From contig JBILLK010000012.1 in the NCBI GenBank assembly GCA_044376115.1, positions 96,001 to 160,000 of the forward strand: 64,000 nucleotides of DNA. The letters run 5' to 3'. Below the pieces are notes generated by a model. The model was not told the origin of the DNA. It was given only the letters and a program-made list of their open reading frames with translations, and ran no database searches. Numbering within the stretch: position 1 is the stretch's first letter; each line of letters opens with the position of its first letter. Made by a program: the position numbers and the translations under genes. Of the stretch, positions 29,188-40,107 are shown piece after piece. The stretch is from Polyangiaceae bacterium (GTDB lineage: Bacteria; Myxococcota_A; Polyangia; Polyangiales; Polyangiaceae).

Positions 29188-30156
29188 CTAGCCTGGTTTC
29201 TTTAATGGGGAGGTGGGCGGGGGCCTATTGGCCAGAGCAGATTTCAGAGCGAGGGCGAGCACCACTCGGAAGTGGGGCTTCTTGGGCTCGCGCGAGGCGA
29301 CCTCACAGCGCACGACTTCAAGCTGTGCTTGGCTGAGGAGGCTGCGAACGTTAGTGGGGCTAAAGCCTTGATGCACTTCACCGTAGGGCGCAGTGATTTC
29401 TCGCTGCTCGTGGCGATCGAGGGTGAGCACCAAGAGCCTCCCACCCGGGCGCAGGACTCGGGCGCACTCGTGGGCGACGCACTTTGGATCTGCGGCGTAG
29501 GTGAGCGTATGAAACAGCACAACCGCATCGAAGCTTGCATCGGCGAGCGGCAGATCGTGCGCGTCGGCGACCAGGCACTTTACGTGGGGCTGGCGTTCGA
29601 ACCTTCGACCCGCAGCGACGATCATGCTCTCGCTCGTATCGACGCAGGTCAGGGACCGGCAGTAGGGTGCAATGAACGCCGCGGCAGCCCCATCCCCGGA
29701 GCCAACGTCCAGAACGTCCCCCAGCTCGAGTAGCCCCGCGAGACCGACCGCCAACGACTCCCACGTCCGACCCGGTGAATAGTGACGCTCCATTTCTCCA
29801 GCAAAGGTCTCGGGCAGACCGCCTCTTCGCTCGGCGTCGAGACGAGCGAGCCGCTGCTTGTCTCCTTCAATCGTCGGGTCGGAGAGCTGCCCCGCATCTT
29901 CGAGCACGGTGCGCGCTGCAGCCGGCAGCGTATCGACGGCTAATGCATAAAAGGCGTGCTGACCTTCTCTGCGATCCCGCACGAAACCAGCTTCACGCAG
30001 CTTGCCGAGATGGGTGGAGACCCGCGACTGAGAGATACCCGTCACCCGCACCAGATCGGTCACGCTGAGTTCCCGCTCGCGCAGCAGCGCGCAAAGCCGC
30101 AACCGACTTTCGTCGCCGAGGAGCGTTAGCGTACCGACGTAGGCCGCGAGAACCAT
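29188..30156 (-). CDS. ArsR-HTH plus SAM-methyltransferase-domain regulator (SahR/SamR type)
   Basis: ArsR HTH SQSRVSTHLGKL, MERHYSPGRTWE, LDVGSGDG; directly upstream of metH. Confidence 0.88.
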   Translation of the reverse strand: MVLAAYVGTLTLLGDESRLRLCALLRERELSVTDLVRVTGISQSRVSTHLGKLREAGFVRDRREGQHAFYALAVDTLPAAARTVLEDAGQLSDPTIEGDKQRLARLDAERRGGLPETFAGEMERHYSPGRTWESLAVGLAGLLELGDVLDVGSGDGAAAAFIAPYCRSLTCVDTSESMIVAAGRRFERQPHVKCLVADAHDLPLADASFDAVVLFHTLTYAADPKCVAHECARVLRPGGRLLVLTLDRHEQREITAPYGEVHQGFSPTNVRSLLSQAQLEVVRCEVASREPKKPHFRVVLALALKSALANRPPPTSPLKKPG

Positions 30157-30178
30157 CTGCTTATCCGGATTAGCAGAT
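30155..30178. promoter_or_regulatory. Palindromic operator, probable SahR/SamR autoregulatory site
   Basis: ATCTGCTTATCCGGATTAGCAGAT is a near-perfect 24-bp palindrome made of two overlapping ATC-N10-GAT units and overlaps the start codon. Confidence 0.7.
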
Positions 30179-30223
30179 TCATGGCCGACGGTCTCGTTTT
30201 TCCGCGCGCTTTACGTGCAACCC

Positions 30224-30250
30224 CGCGGCCCGTGGCGTTTGCGGGCCGCG
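30224..30250 (-). terminator. GC-rich hairpin downstream of the acyl-CoA dehydrogenase
   Basis: CGCGGCCCG-N9-CGGGCCGCG; no clear U-tract. Confidence 0.45.
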
Positions 30251-30268
30251 AGCCGCCGCGCTCGAGAC

Positions 30269-31420
<1,152 letters not shown>

Positions 31421-31474
31421 GGTGACTGACTGGTCACATAGCATGGCTACAGCGCTGAATGCACTATGGCAGAG

Positions 31475-34400
31475 CTACTCAGCAGAACGGCAACAGCGTA
31501 GGCCGGTTGAGTAGTCGGAGTAGGCAGGTGGATGGACCGTGATCAACGACTCACAGCCGGACTCCGAACCTCGCGCGTAAAAACCGCCTGCGAAGCCGCC
31601 GCCCTTCTCATCTACCCACTCATCGAGATTGCCAACCATGTCGTAGAGCGCGTCATTGCCCCACACGCTCTTGCAGCGCGGGAGCGAAGCGGTCTCGAGT
31701 AGCAGGGTGGTAGGGCCGTCTTTGACACGATTCAAGCGGGGATCATGATGGCCCATGCCGGCGTGATCATGCAGGGTTGCAGCCGGGTGTAACCGCGTCT
31801 TCGAGTTGCAGAAGTCGGGCTGGTAGTGGCTGCCGTACGGAAACAATGTGTCTTGCTCTCCGCGACAGGCCCGTTGCCACTCCGCTGTTGTGCAGAGTCG
31901 TTTGTGGCTGTTTTCGCAGGCCTGTTTAGCGAGCTTGCCTGTGACGGTTCCGCTTGGCCGCACGCCTGGCAGGCTCTCGGCGAGCATACCGTCAGCGCTG
32001 CGTTGACCTTCGCCGATCAGCGGTAACGGCAGCGCACGCGCGTGCAGGTCGCCCCCGCGCTCGCGACGTGTTGCCCAATCACCGAGGACGTACTTGAACA
32101 GGTCGGGCGTAGCTGGATAGTCCGGCGAAACGAAGACACCGTTAGGATCAGCGAGCGTCCCCTCATAGCGATCGACACAGAGGTCCGCTCCGACAAGCAC
32201 CATATCGGCTGGACAGCGTGCCCTGGATGGCGCTGCAGGCACAGGGACGAGCGTTGACGCCGAGGGTGCGCTGACCGTTGTAACAGCTGTCGGAAAGACC
32301 TCGCTCACAACGAACTCAGCTTGCGAGCTCGGGCCTAGCATGCGCGTTCCAAACCAGCGCACCGTCCCGTCCGCAGCCCATTGGAACTCACCTTGAATGC
32401 AAGCCGTGGCTTCATCCTGGCCAGACAGTTCAACGAACACCTGCGGGTTTGGCGTAGGCAGCCGAGCGGCAAGGCGACGCCCATCGAGACAAGCTGACGG
32501 GGGACGATCGAGCCAGGAAGAGGAGACGGTGAGCATGGCTTCATCCGATATCCAGCTCACCCAGCGCTGCGATCTCGGGTAGAGCAGCGCACCTCCGGTT
32601 GGTAGCGGCGACAGTTGCAGCGCGGAGAGACCGTCGTCCTCAACGGGTGGGGTGATCGAGTTCGTTCCCAGGAGCTGGCCGCGTTGATCGAGCGCAATGA
32701 GCAGCACTTGCCGTTCGCCGGTGCGGCTCGCGATGAGCGCTCCGCCCGCTGCCCGCTGCGTCGCAACCAGCCGTGGACCCAGCTTGGCGGCGTGCAGCGC
32801 TGGCTCGGACAACGTCCCCTCGCTCGAGAGCGTTTGAACCAAGAGGCCGTGATGAGTCCGCGAAAGAACGAGACCTGAGGTGGTTCCACCAACAACGGCT
32901 TCGGCGTCTCGCGCCAACCGCCGAAGGGCGGGCTGAAGTTCGGGATGGAGCTGTCTGAGCTCGCCCTCCGCCTGCCACCAGCGGCCAGCGATGCGCACTG
33001 CCGACTGACGGTTGAGCTCGCGCACATCGCGCCGCTTGCGGCCTAAAAACCGAGGAGGCTCGCGCTGAGGCAAGAGGGTCGGCTCTTTCGCGTCACTGGA
33101 CACGGCGAAGAGGCCACTGCTCGCTTCGGTAAGGCCTGCGCCGTCCGGGGCAAAAGCGTTCCAAAACAGCGGAGCACGCTGCGCTTCGAGAGCTATGACA
33201 GGCTTGGGCGCTTGATCGTCTTTGAAGGTAACCAGCTGCTCGCCTTCGAACGTATAGGCCCGAGCACCCGAGTAAACGACGCGCCCGACGTCGAAGTTCG
33301 CTTGGCCCATCGTCCGCGCAACCTTGCTCGGATCGAGCGCTGGAAGTTGTCCCGGTTGGAACGGCTCCCCCTTGTGACGTGCGCGCGCTGTAAGCACCAA
33401 ACGTCGAGGATCGATGGTGCACGCTGGGTCATCGGGAATGAGCTGCATGACGAACGGCCCCACGAAGGTGACGTCACACTTGCCCCGTGGCCCGCGCAAG
33501 CCGAGCAGCAGCGAACCTTCGGGCTGTGTGAGCAGCCGCATCTCGGCATGGTCGGAGAGGAAGCCGGGATTCATCTTGCTTTCACCGAAGGACCGCCTCG
33601 TTGGCGGATCCAAGAGCAACGTTGAATCGAGCTGGGCATAGCCGAGCTTGCCTTCAGGCTCCTTGGTGCTCTTTTCGTTGGCTTCATAGAAGGCAACGTC
33701 CACGCGTGCGTTGCGAGCCACCGCGCCGATGAAGCCCATCCCCGCCATGGCCTCTCGAAAAGCGAGGCCGGTCGCGAACGGTTCTTCTGCCGCTTCATCA
33801 ATCCAACGCGCATCCACCACGACTTCCCGGCCGCTTGCGTAGAGGCGCTTCTTGAGTTGCTCGTCGCTCAGCGGTTTGCGCTTCTTCTTTGGCGGCTTTC
33901 TACCGTTGGTCACACTCGGTTTAGGTTTCGGCTTGGGCGCTGGAGGTTTGGCGGAAGCGCTGGGCACTACGCGCGGCTCGATCTTGGTGCCCGCTTCGAT
34001 GGACTCGTCGGCCTCCTGCTTAGAGCGCACGTCGAGCAAAGCGAGGCGCCCAGCGACTCGCACGAACGCATCACCGTCCGCGCGAAAGCACGGCTTGCGT
34101 TCCGCCTTCTCTTTTTCGATCACGACCGGACAGAACGCACCGCTCGAAGAAAGGATCACCGTTACGCCTCGTTCCTGCGCAAAAGCAAAAACGGGGTGCT
34201 CATCCGCCAGGGTCACCACCGGCCCAAACGGGCCGTTCTCATCGACGAGTTGGGCAAAGCCCAGCGGCTCTCCCGCATGGTCCGCGATCACCAAGGCAAG
34301 CTCGGAGTCGGCCACGCTCACCAGGGAAGTGCCGAGCGCAACCTTGGTCGGCGCGCCCAATCGAAACGACTTGCGACCCGAGGGCTCAACGGTGAGCTCC

Positions 34401-34531
34401 ACGTGCTCGTTCAACGTGGAGGTCGTCGCACTCGGGTTCCCGGCGCCCGCTCGGGGAGCGGCTTGGCCGCCGTTCGAGCCGCACGCGGCCAAGAACAATA
34501 GCGCGCCGGCACCGTAGACTCGGCGAGTCAT
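31475..34531 (-). CDS. Large lipoprotein with a C-terminal FGE-sulfatase (SUMF1-like) domain
   Basis: Lipobox LAAC; CPADMV...CVDRYE, KRLCTTAEWQRAC, YDMVGNLDEWV, GLRCC. Confidence 0.82.
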   Translation of the reverse strand: MTRRVYGAGALLFLAACGSNGGQAAPRAGAGNPSATTSTLNEHVELTVEPSGRKSFRLGAPTKVALGTSLVSVADSELALVIADHAGEPLGFAQLVDENGPFGPVVTLADEHPVFAFAQERGVTVILSSSGAFCPVVIEKEKAERKPCFRADGDAFVRVAGRLALLDVRSKQEADESIEAGTKIEPRVVPSASAKPPAPKPKPKPSVTNGRKPPKKKRKPLSDEQLKKRLYASGREVVVDARWIDEAAEEPFATGLAFREAMAGMGFIGAVARNARVDVAFYEANEKSTKEPEGKLGYAQLDSTLLLDPPTRRSFGESKMNPGFLSDHAEMRLLTQPEGSLLLGLRGPRGKCDVTFVGPFVMQLIPDDPACTIDPRRLVLTARARHKGEPFQPGQLPALDPSKVARTMGQANFDVGRVVYSGARAYTFEGEQLVTFKDDQAPKPVIALEAQRAPLFWNAFAPDGAGLTEASSGLFAVSSDAKEPTLLPQREPPRFLGRKRRDVRELNRQSAVRIAGRWWQAEGELRQLHPELQPALRRLARDAEAVVGGTTSGLVLSRTHHGLLVQTLSSEGTLSEPALHAAKLGPRLVATQRAAGGALIASRTGERQVLLIALDQRGQLLGTNSITPPVEDDGLSALQLSPLPTGGALLYPRSQRWVSWISDEAMLTVSSSWLDRPPSACLDGRRLAARLPTPNPQVFVELSGQDEATACIQGEFQWAADGTVRWFGTRMLGPSSQAEFVVSEVFPTAVTTVSAPSASTLVPVPAAPSRARCPADMVLVGADLCVDRYEGTLADPNGVFVSPDYPATPDLFKYVLGDWATRRERGGDLHARALPLPLIGEGQRSADGMLAESLPGVRPSGTVTGKLAKQACENSHKRLCTTAEWQRACRGEQDTLFPYGSHYQPDFCNSKTRLHPAATLHDHAGMGHHDPRLNRVKDGPTTLLLETASLPRCKSVWGNDALYDMVGNLDEWVDEKGGGFAGGFYARGSESGCESLITVHPPAYSDYSTGLRCCRSAE

Positions 34532-34546
34532 CCGCTTGAGAGCAGC

Positions 34547-35125
34547 CTACTGGCCGGACTTCATGCTGGCGGGCACATTCTCCGCCTTGGTGCGGGTGCC
34601 GTCGGGCATCACCATCTCGTGCGTCGAAGGATCGTACTTGGAGGCGCACTTCGCCATCACCAAGTTCGCCTCGAATGAGGTCTGGCCTTTGGTGAGTTCA
34701 CCCTCGACGGTGACCTCGACGCCGCCTTCTGGGCGGTCGCGGAAGGTGTCGGGGAGGACGCACTTCGCGTAGCGAACAGGCAGCTCCTTGTCGTTCTTCT
34801 GCATCGTGAAGTGGTACTCGCAGCTCTTCACCTCTTTGAGGGTGCCAGGCACGAGCAGACCGTCAACGCGCAGACGCTTGCCCTTCAACGTCTCTGCCTT
34901 CGCCACCACCTCATCGGTTGGCATGGCGTAAATGGCAGCCTCTTTGAACCCAACCAGGAACAGCGTCACCACACCAGCAGCGACGGCGAGGAGACCTGCC
35001 AAGAGACCCAGGTTCGTCTTTTTCTTCGCTCGAGGAAGAGTCTCAGCCGAGGCTTCTCGTGCAGGAGCGGCGACCTCGTCGGTGTCCTTCAACGCCCTTG
35101 AGAGTTCTTCGTTTAGGTCGGACAT
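34547..35125 (-). CDS. ccmE: Cytochrome c maturation haem chaperone CcmE (CxxxY type)
   Basis: Single TM, LRVDGLLVPGT, LPDTFR, VTVEG, FEANLVMAKCASKY. Confidence 0.88.
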   Translation of the reverse strand: MSDLNEELSRALKDTDEVAAPAREASAETLPRAKKKTNLGLLAGLLAVAAGVVTLFLVGFKEAAIYAMPTDEVVAKAETLKGKRLRVDGLLVPGTLKEVKSCEYHFTMQKNDKELPVRYAKCVLPDTFRDRPEGGVEVTVEGELTKGQTSFEANLVMAKCASKYDPSTHEMVMPDGTRTKAENVPASMKSGQ

Positions 35126-35196
35126 GAGGCTTGAACCATAGCAAACTTGGCAGGCTAACGCTTGGACTCGTTCGACCTACCAAGCTGCACGAATCA

Positions 35197-36621
35197 TCAC
35201 TGTGCAGGTGCGTCCGGCGTGCCTTCTTCCGGACCATCCGGCTGCGGGGCAGGTGCGGTGCCATCTTCTGCTGGAGACGGCTCAGGCGAAGGGTCGGGCG
35301 TGGGCTCGGGAGCGGGTGCTGCGTCCGGCTCTCGAGCTTCAGGCTCGGCGGTCGCAGTGGGGGTCTTCGGGCGTAGATTCGGCATGCTGGGACGATTGGG
35401 TCGCTCAACCTTGGGAGCAGGGCTGGCCGGCTTTGCGTCGTCTTCTTCGTCGTCGGAAGCTTTCTTCTTCTTGCTGAGCGGGCTGTCCCCGGTTCCAGTC
35501 GCCTTTCCTCCTTTGGGGCCGTCAGCGCTGGTTGCGTCGTAGCGAAGCCGCGACAGTTTGCCGTGGACGTGGAAGCCCCAGAGGCCATCGGCGCGTTTGG
35601 CGCGTTTCATTTTCTTGTCCTGGGAGATCAGCGCCGGGAAAGGTCCATCGTCGACGAACAGGGCCTGGGTACGTTCATCCTTTTGTTTGTACTCCTCAGA
35701 GAAGCCGAACTTGAGCCAAAGGTCCGCCACCGAGCCATCCCAAGCTTCTTTCAGCTTGATCGTGCCATCCCCGTGCAGTTCAACATCCTGGCCCTGTGCG
35801 TCGAACTTCTCGAGCTTGAGCAAACCGGAATCGGCTTTTGCAGCGATCTCGAAGGTCCCGATGTTGGCGGGTGGCAGAGCCAACAAATCGCGGAACTTCG
35901 TCTTGCCGTCGCCCATCACCATGCCGGTGATCGAGAGGTTGAAGGCTCCCGAAGCTTTGCTCCATTTGCCGCTTGGAGCGGAGAGCTCCAGCTTGCCATT
36001 CGCAACGCCCTTCAGTGGGACGCCCGTCACGTCGCGCAGCGGCATGATCTGAGCGAGATCGATGTTCTCGAGAGAGACCTCGAGATCTCCACCGCCAACC
36101 GGCACCACGCCGTTGACCTCACCGCCGAAAACCGAAGCCGAGAAGTCCACCTTCACCCGACCGATCAAGAGCGGGAGAATGCGCACACGCGCGTGGGCTT
36201 CTTCCACCAGCACGACGGTGTCTTTGGGAGCCTTCTTCTCGTCTTTCTCCTTGCCGGGCTTGTCCGAGCTCGAGGCCGCGTCCGCGCCGTCCTTGACTGC
36301 GTTAGGACCGAGCCGCGGAGCTGCCGAGCCAACTCGTGTCGACGCAAGACCTTTGGTTGGCTCGTCCTCCGAGCTCTCCGGCGGCATGATGATCTTGGCG
36401 CCGGTCAGTTCGACCCCGGAGAGCCAATAACCATCGAGCTCGGCGATCTGCAACCGCCATGCGCGATCACCTTTGGATGATTGCGCCTTGGCGAACTCGT
36501 TCTCGATGCGGTGTTTGAGCGCGTCCCACGGGAAGGTGAGGTAGATGCAACCGATCAAACAGAAGACGTAAAAGATCGGGTAGAGAACGTACTTGAGCGC
36601 AGCGATGATCTGATTTCTCAC
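35197..36621 (-). CDS. gspN: Type II secretion protein GspN (deltaproteobacterial type)
   Basis: N-terminal TM YLTFPWDALK, beta-rich body, last gene of the gsp cluster. Confidence 0.8.
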   Translation of the reverse strand: MRNQIIAALKYVLYPIFYVFCLIGCIYLTFPWDALKHRIENEFAKAQSSKGDRAWRLQIAELDGYWLSGVELTGAKIIMPPESSEDEPTKGLASTRVGSAAPRLGPNAVKDGADAASSSDKPGKEKDEKKAPKDTVVLVEEAHARVRILPLLIGRVKVDFSASVFGGEVNGVVPVGGGDLEVSLENIDLAQIMPLRDVTGVPLKGVANGKLELSAPSGKWSKASGAFNLSITGMVMGDGKTKFRDLLALPPANIGTFEIAAKADSGLLKLEKFDAQGQDVELHGDGTIKLKEAWDGSVADLWLKFGFSEEYKQKDERTQALFVDDGPFPALISQDKKMKRAKRADGLWGFHVHGKLSRLRYDATSADGPKGGKATGTGDSPLSKKKKASDDEEDDAKPASPAPKVERPNRPSMPNLRPKTPTATAEPEAREPDAAPAPEPTPDPSPEPSPAEDGTAPAPQPDGPEEGTPDAPAQ

Positions 36622-37208
36622 GGCGTTTCCTCGTCAGACTCTTCAGAGTTCGGCTTGGGCGCTTCCTTCTTGGGTTCTCCCTTTTTCTCGTAGTGGGAGA
36701 CGTGAACCTCAACATCAAATTGGTCAGGCTCGGAGCCCTTGGGTTTGATGTTGAGACGCGTGATCGCCACGGGAAAATTGCTCTGTTCGATCTTCTCGAA
36801 CATCTTCACGATCCCGAGCATGCCGACCTTCTTGAACTTGAGCGACGTCACGTGCTCGCTGTACTTCTTGCCGTGAGGTACGTCGGGTCGAGTTTGGCTC
36901 TCCTCGATCACGAGATTGTTCGCCTGCGCTGCGTCTTCCAAGAAGGACGCGAAGGGCGGCATGGCCCGTGAGTAGCGCAGGTTCGAAGCATCTCGCTCGG
37001 CCTTCTTCTTGTCGATCTTCGAACGGCCGTCGCGGACCTTCTCGATGTAGTCGCGGATCTCCTGGTTCTGATCGCGACTCGCACTAACGCTTTGATAGAC
37101 GTACGCCGGCAGTAGCAAGAAGACGATCAAACCAACCGCGATACCGAGCCCCGTGAGCAGAGACCGTTCACGCGGTTCCATTTTGGCGAAGCGCTCACCG
37201 AGCGTCAT
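36618..37208 (-). CDS. gspM: Type II secretion protein GspM
   Basis: MEPRERSLL plus TM, coiled coil and ferredoxin-like C-terminus; follows gspL. Confidence 0.8.
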   Translation of the reverse strand: MTLGERFAKMEPRERSLLTGLGIAVGLIVFLLLPAYVYQSVSASRDQNQEIRDYIEKVRDGRSKIDKKKAERDASNLRYSRAMPPFASFLEDAAQANNLVIEESQTRPDVPHGKKYSEHVTSLKFKKVGMLGIVKMFEKIEQSNFPVAITRLNIKPKGSEPDQFDVEVHVSHYEKKGEPKKEAPKPNSEESDEETP

Positions 37209-38707
37209 TGTGCGCCCTCTTTCTCATTCTTCGCCGGCTCGGAGGCCTTCTTCTTCTTTTCTTCGCAGCGCAAATCCATCTCGAGGATGTACTTCTGCTT
37301 CTCGGGACCGGACTGCGTGACCTTCGACACCTTCACATCGCGCAGACAGGGGTTGGTACGCATCGCGGCAGCGATCGTGTCGGCCGTGGCTTGAGCGTCC
37401 GTGCCAGTGGGCAGGATGCCCTGAATGATCGCGTGGCCGCGGTTGATGTCGAGCTCTGCAACATCATGCACGACGTCCTTCGGCACGGCCTTGGATAGCT
37501 CGACCATCACGTCGAACGCATCCACGGCCGGGAACGGATCGTCATCGGCCGCGGGCCCTTTCTCCAAGAGTTCAGTCGCCCGCGCAAGATCGCTCGTCTC
37601 TTCGCCGAAGACCTCTTTGGTCGTCGACTTGAGCTCTTCATCGAGCAAGGCTCGCTCAGCGGAGAGCGCCCGCATCTCCGCGATGACGTTAAAGCCGAAG
37701 GAGACGAGTACGACAAGTCCGAGGCCGGCCAAGAGCGGTAACTTCTCCTGAATGAAGGCAAAGGATCGTGCGGTCGCGAGCGCTCCTTGGCGCAGGTTCA
37801 TCGAGCGTGACTTCGTGTCCCCCGCGAGCGCCACTGCGATGGCCCGCGCGAAAGACGGCACTTTCTCGGCAAGCTCCGGGCTCAATCCCTCCACGTCGAG
37901 CTTCGGCAACTCGGCCACCGGCACGCCAAGCGTGGCGCTCAGGTAGGTCGCCGCTCCAGCGATACCAGCACCTTCGCCCACGAGATAGAGCGTCGAAAGA
38001 GCCCCACCGCCAACCGCGCGCCACCCAGCGATCGACTGCTTGAGCTCACGGGCGATGTCTTTCGCGGTTTCCGGGAGCCCCGTCGTCCCGCGCGAAACGG
38101 TGCGAGCAAAACATGGTTGGCCCGCCTCGAGAAACACGAGCTCAGATTGGTTCTCGCCGAGATCCAAGATCGCAACCGGGCCTCGCGGGCTGCCATCTTC
38201 GTTCGTCGTGCTCGCGAGCTGAGGCGCAACGAGAGCGAGGTTGGCCAGCGGCAGAGAGCCTGCGTCAACGACATCCGGCTCACGACCGATCGCCGCCTTG
38301 ACCAGCTCCACCCGCGCACGAACGTCCTCCTGGCGCGCTACGGCGGCGAACACGGTCAGCGCCTCCGTCCCTCCCTTCGGCGAAAGACGTCGATGGTCGA
38401 AGACCGCCTCATCGATCTCGAACGGCACCGACGATTCGAGTTCGAATAGCAGCACGCTCTCGAGTTCTCGTGACGCGGTGTTCGGCAGTTCGAGCCGCCG
38501 CAAAAAGCAGGATTCGCCGGGAAGGGAGATGCTCACCGAGTCGACGCGCGTGCGCCCAAGCAGCTCGGCCAACGCCTTCTCAGCCGTGCGCTCCCCTTCA
38601 ATGGGTAGCGACAAGAGCGCCTCAACCGCGGCCTTGCGATAGGACGTGCGCAAGATGGCCACGCGCACGTGACGGGGTCCAATATCAATGCCTGCGAGAC
38701 GCGCCAT
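37205..38707 (-). CDS. gspL: Type II secretion protein GspL (PilM-like actin fold plus TM and periplasmic part)
   Basis: LAGIDIG, FELESSVPF, ILDLGE, TM near residue 325. Confidence 0.85.
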   Translation of the reverse strand: MARLAGIDIGPRHVRVAILRTSYRKAAVEALLSLPIEGERTAEKALAELLGRTRVDSVSISLPGESCFLRRLELPNTASRELESVLLFELESSVPFEIDEAVFDHRRLSPKGGTEALTVFAAVARQEDVRARVELVKAAIGREPDVVDAGSLPLANLALVAPQLASTTNEDGSPRGPVAILDLGENQSELVFLEAGQPCFARTVSRGTTGLPETAKDIARELKQSIAGWRAVGGGALSTLYLVGEGAGIAGAATYLSATLGVPVAELPKLDVEGLSPELAEKVPSFARAIAVALAGDTKSRSMNLRQGALATARSFAFIQEKLPLLAGLGLVVLVSFGFNVIAEMRALSAERALLDEELKSTTKEVFGEETSDLARATELLEKGPAADDDPFPAVDAFDVMVELSKAVPKDVVHDVAELDINRGHAIIQGILPTGTDAQATADTIAAAMRTNPCLRDVKVSKVTQSGPEKQKYILEMDLRCEEKKKKASEPAKNEKEGAQ

Positions 38708-38712
38708 AGTCC

Positions 38713-40107
38713 TTACTCGATGCGGTGGTAGATGATGACACCCATAGGATCGCTGGCCAACGCTTTGACGGCCTCCTCGGGGGTGATCTCATTGGAAGGT
38801 GGGGTTTCGGTCTCATCATCCGTCGACGTTTGACCGCCGAGCTCGTTCGCCGAGCGAAAGTCGACGACGGTATGCGTTCGGATCCGGGTCTCGCGCTTAC
38901 GTCCTGTCACGATTCCTTCGGCATAGATGCTGAAGACGCGACTCTCCGTCGAGACGGCTTTCTCGACTTGCTTTGGCGACTTGAACTCGATCGGCTCAAG
39001 CCCGAAGAAGGAGAAGAGAGGACCAATTCCCTTTCCCTTCCCAGCCATCGCGCGGACGAAGGACTTTGGCGTTTTGAAGAGCGGTGCTCCTTGAGTCAAT
39101 TCGCGCGCGAGCGTGAGAGCCGTCAGAAACGCGCTCATCTGCTCGGGATCGACGCAAACTGGGGCCTCTGGCGCGCCGGAACAAACCACCGCGAGGATGG
39201 TCTGCGGGTTGGCTGAGTTGACGTTGATCTTTCCTTGGCCCCACACCGTCAACACTCGCGACCCCGGATCATCAGGGTTGGGTTCGACGAAGTTTGCCCA
39301 GAAGTCATCGCTGACACCGCGAACCAAATGCAGCTCGTCGAGCGAATCGAACGGCGCGTTCTTACGCAAGTAGGGCAGCCCCACCGACTGGTAGAAGTTG
39401 TCCTCCGCGCCCTCCGTCGACCTTTGCGTTGGGTCACAGGGATAGGAGATCTCGTCGTAGTCCGCCCAATCACTGAGCGCGCCACAGATCACAGGCTGAT
39501 TCGAGAACTGACCGTCGAGGTCGGGCGTCTCAAATAGCTCGTTGTACTGGGGCGAACCGAACAGCCCAAGCAGCTGAGCGCCGAGTCGGTCCTTTGCGCC
39601 TGAATCTCCGCTGACCGCAGCGTTGACGTTGATCTTGGCGTCTTCATCGACGATCACCAGGTCAAAACAGCTCGCGCTGGCCCCAAGATTCTTGCCTTGT
39701 TCGAGGCTCGCCCCGGTGATCGTCGAGAACTTGTCGGCTTTGGCTGGGCAGTTGAACGGGCCCAAGACCATGTCCTTGAACTTCCAAACCGGCACCTGCG
39801 GCGCTGGCGCCTTCAAGGCCATGCGGTACAGCGGATCGACCGCTTTGCGCACCATCGGCTCGGTCGAGATCAGCAGCCGCGAAAGATTCATCGCGCTCTT
39901 GGCGGCGTATTCGGCGCGCATTGCATCGCGCTCGGCGATGGCTGCAGACACCGACGCTGACGTCGTCTGCTGCAGCTCGGTCACGAACACCATCAACACC
40001 ACTAGCGAGCCGAGCACCAGAATCAGCGCCACGCCTCGACGCTGGCCTTTGCGGCCTTTGCGAACGCGTGCGCGGATCTCGGCGTAGCGACTCGATTGCG
40101 CGCTCAT
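38713..40107 (-). CDS. gspK: Minor pseudopilin GspK
   Basis: RRGVALILVL, DEDAKINVN, DWAD.D, KNAPFDSLDELHLVRG, KINVNSA. Confidence 0.92.
   Translation of the reverse strand: MSAQSSRYAEIRARVRKGRKGQRRGVALILVLGSLVVLMVFVTELQQTTSASVSAAIAERDAMRAEYAAKSAMNLSRLLISTEPMVRKAVDPLYRMALKAPAPQVPVWKFKDMVLGPFNCPAKADKFSTITGASLEQGKNLGASASCFDLVIVDEDAKINVNAAVSGDSGAKDRLGAQLLGLFGSPQYNELFETPDLDGQFSNQPVICGALSDWADYDEISYPCDPTQRSTEGAEDNFYQSVGLPYLRKNAPFDSLDELHLVRGVSDDFWANFVEPNPDDPGSRVLTVWGQGKINVNSANPQTILAVVCSGAPEAPVCVDPEQMSAFLTALTLARELTQGAPLFKTPKSFVRAMAGKGKGIGPLFSFFGLEPIEFKSPKQVEKAVSTESRVFSIYAEGIVTGRKRETRIRTHTVVDFRSANELGGQTSTDDETETPPSNEITPEEAVKALASDPMGVIIYHRIE

Noticed and set aside
30157..30268. SAM or cobalamin riboswitch upstream of the metH operon
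   Set aside because: Region too short and lacks the conserved motifs; a protein operator explains it.
31475..32220. DGR target (C-type-lectin/FGE fold)
   Set aside because: No reverse transcriptase or template repeat in the window.
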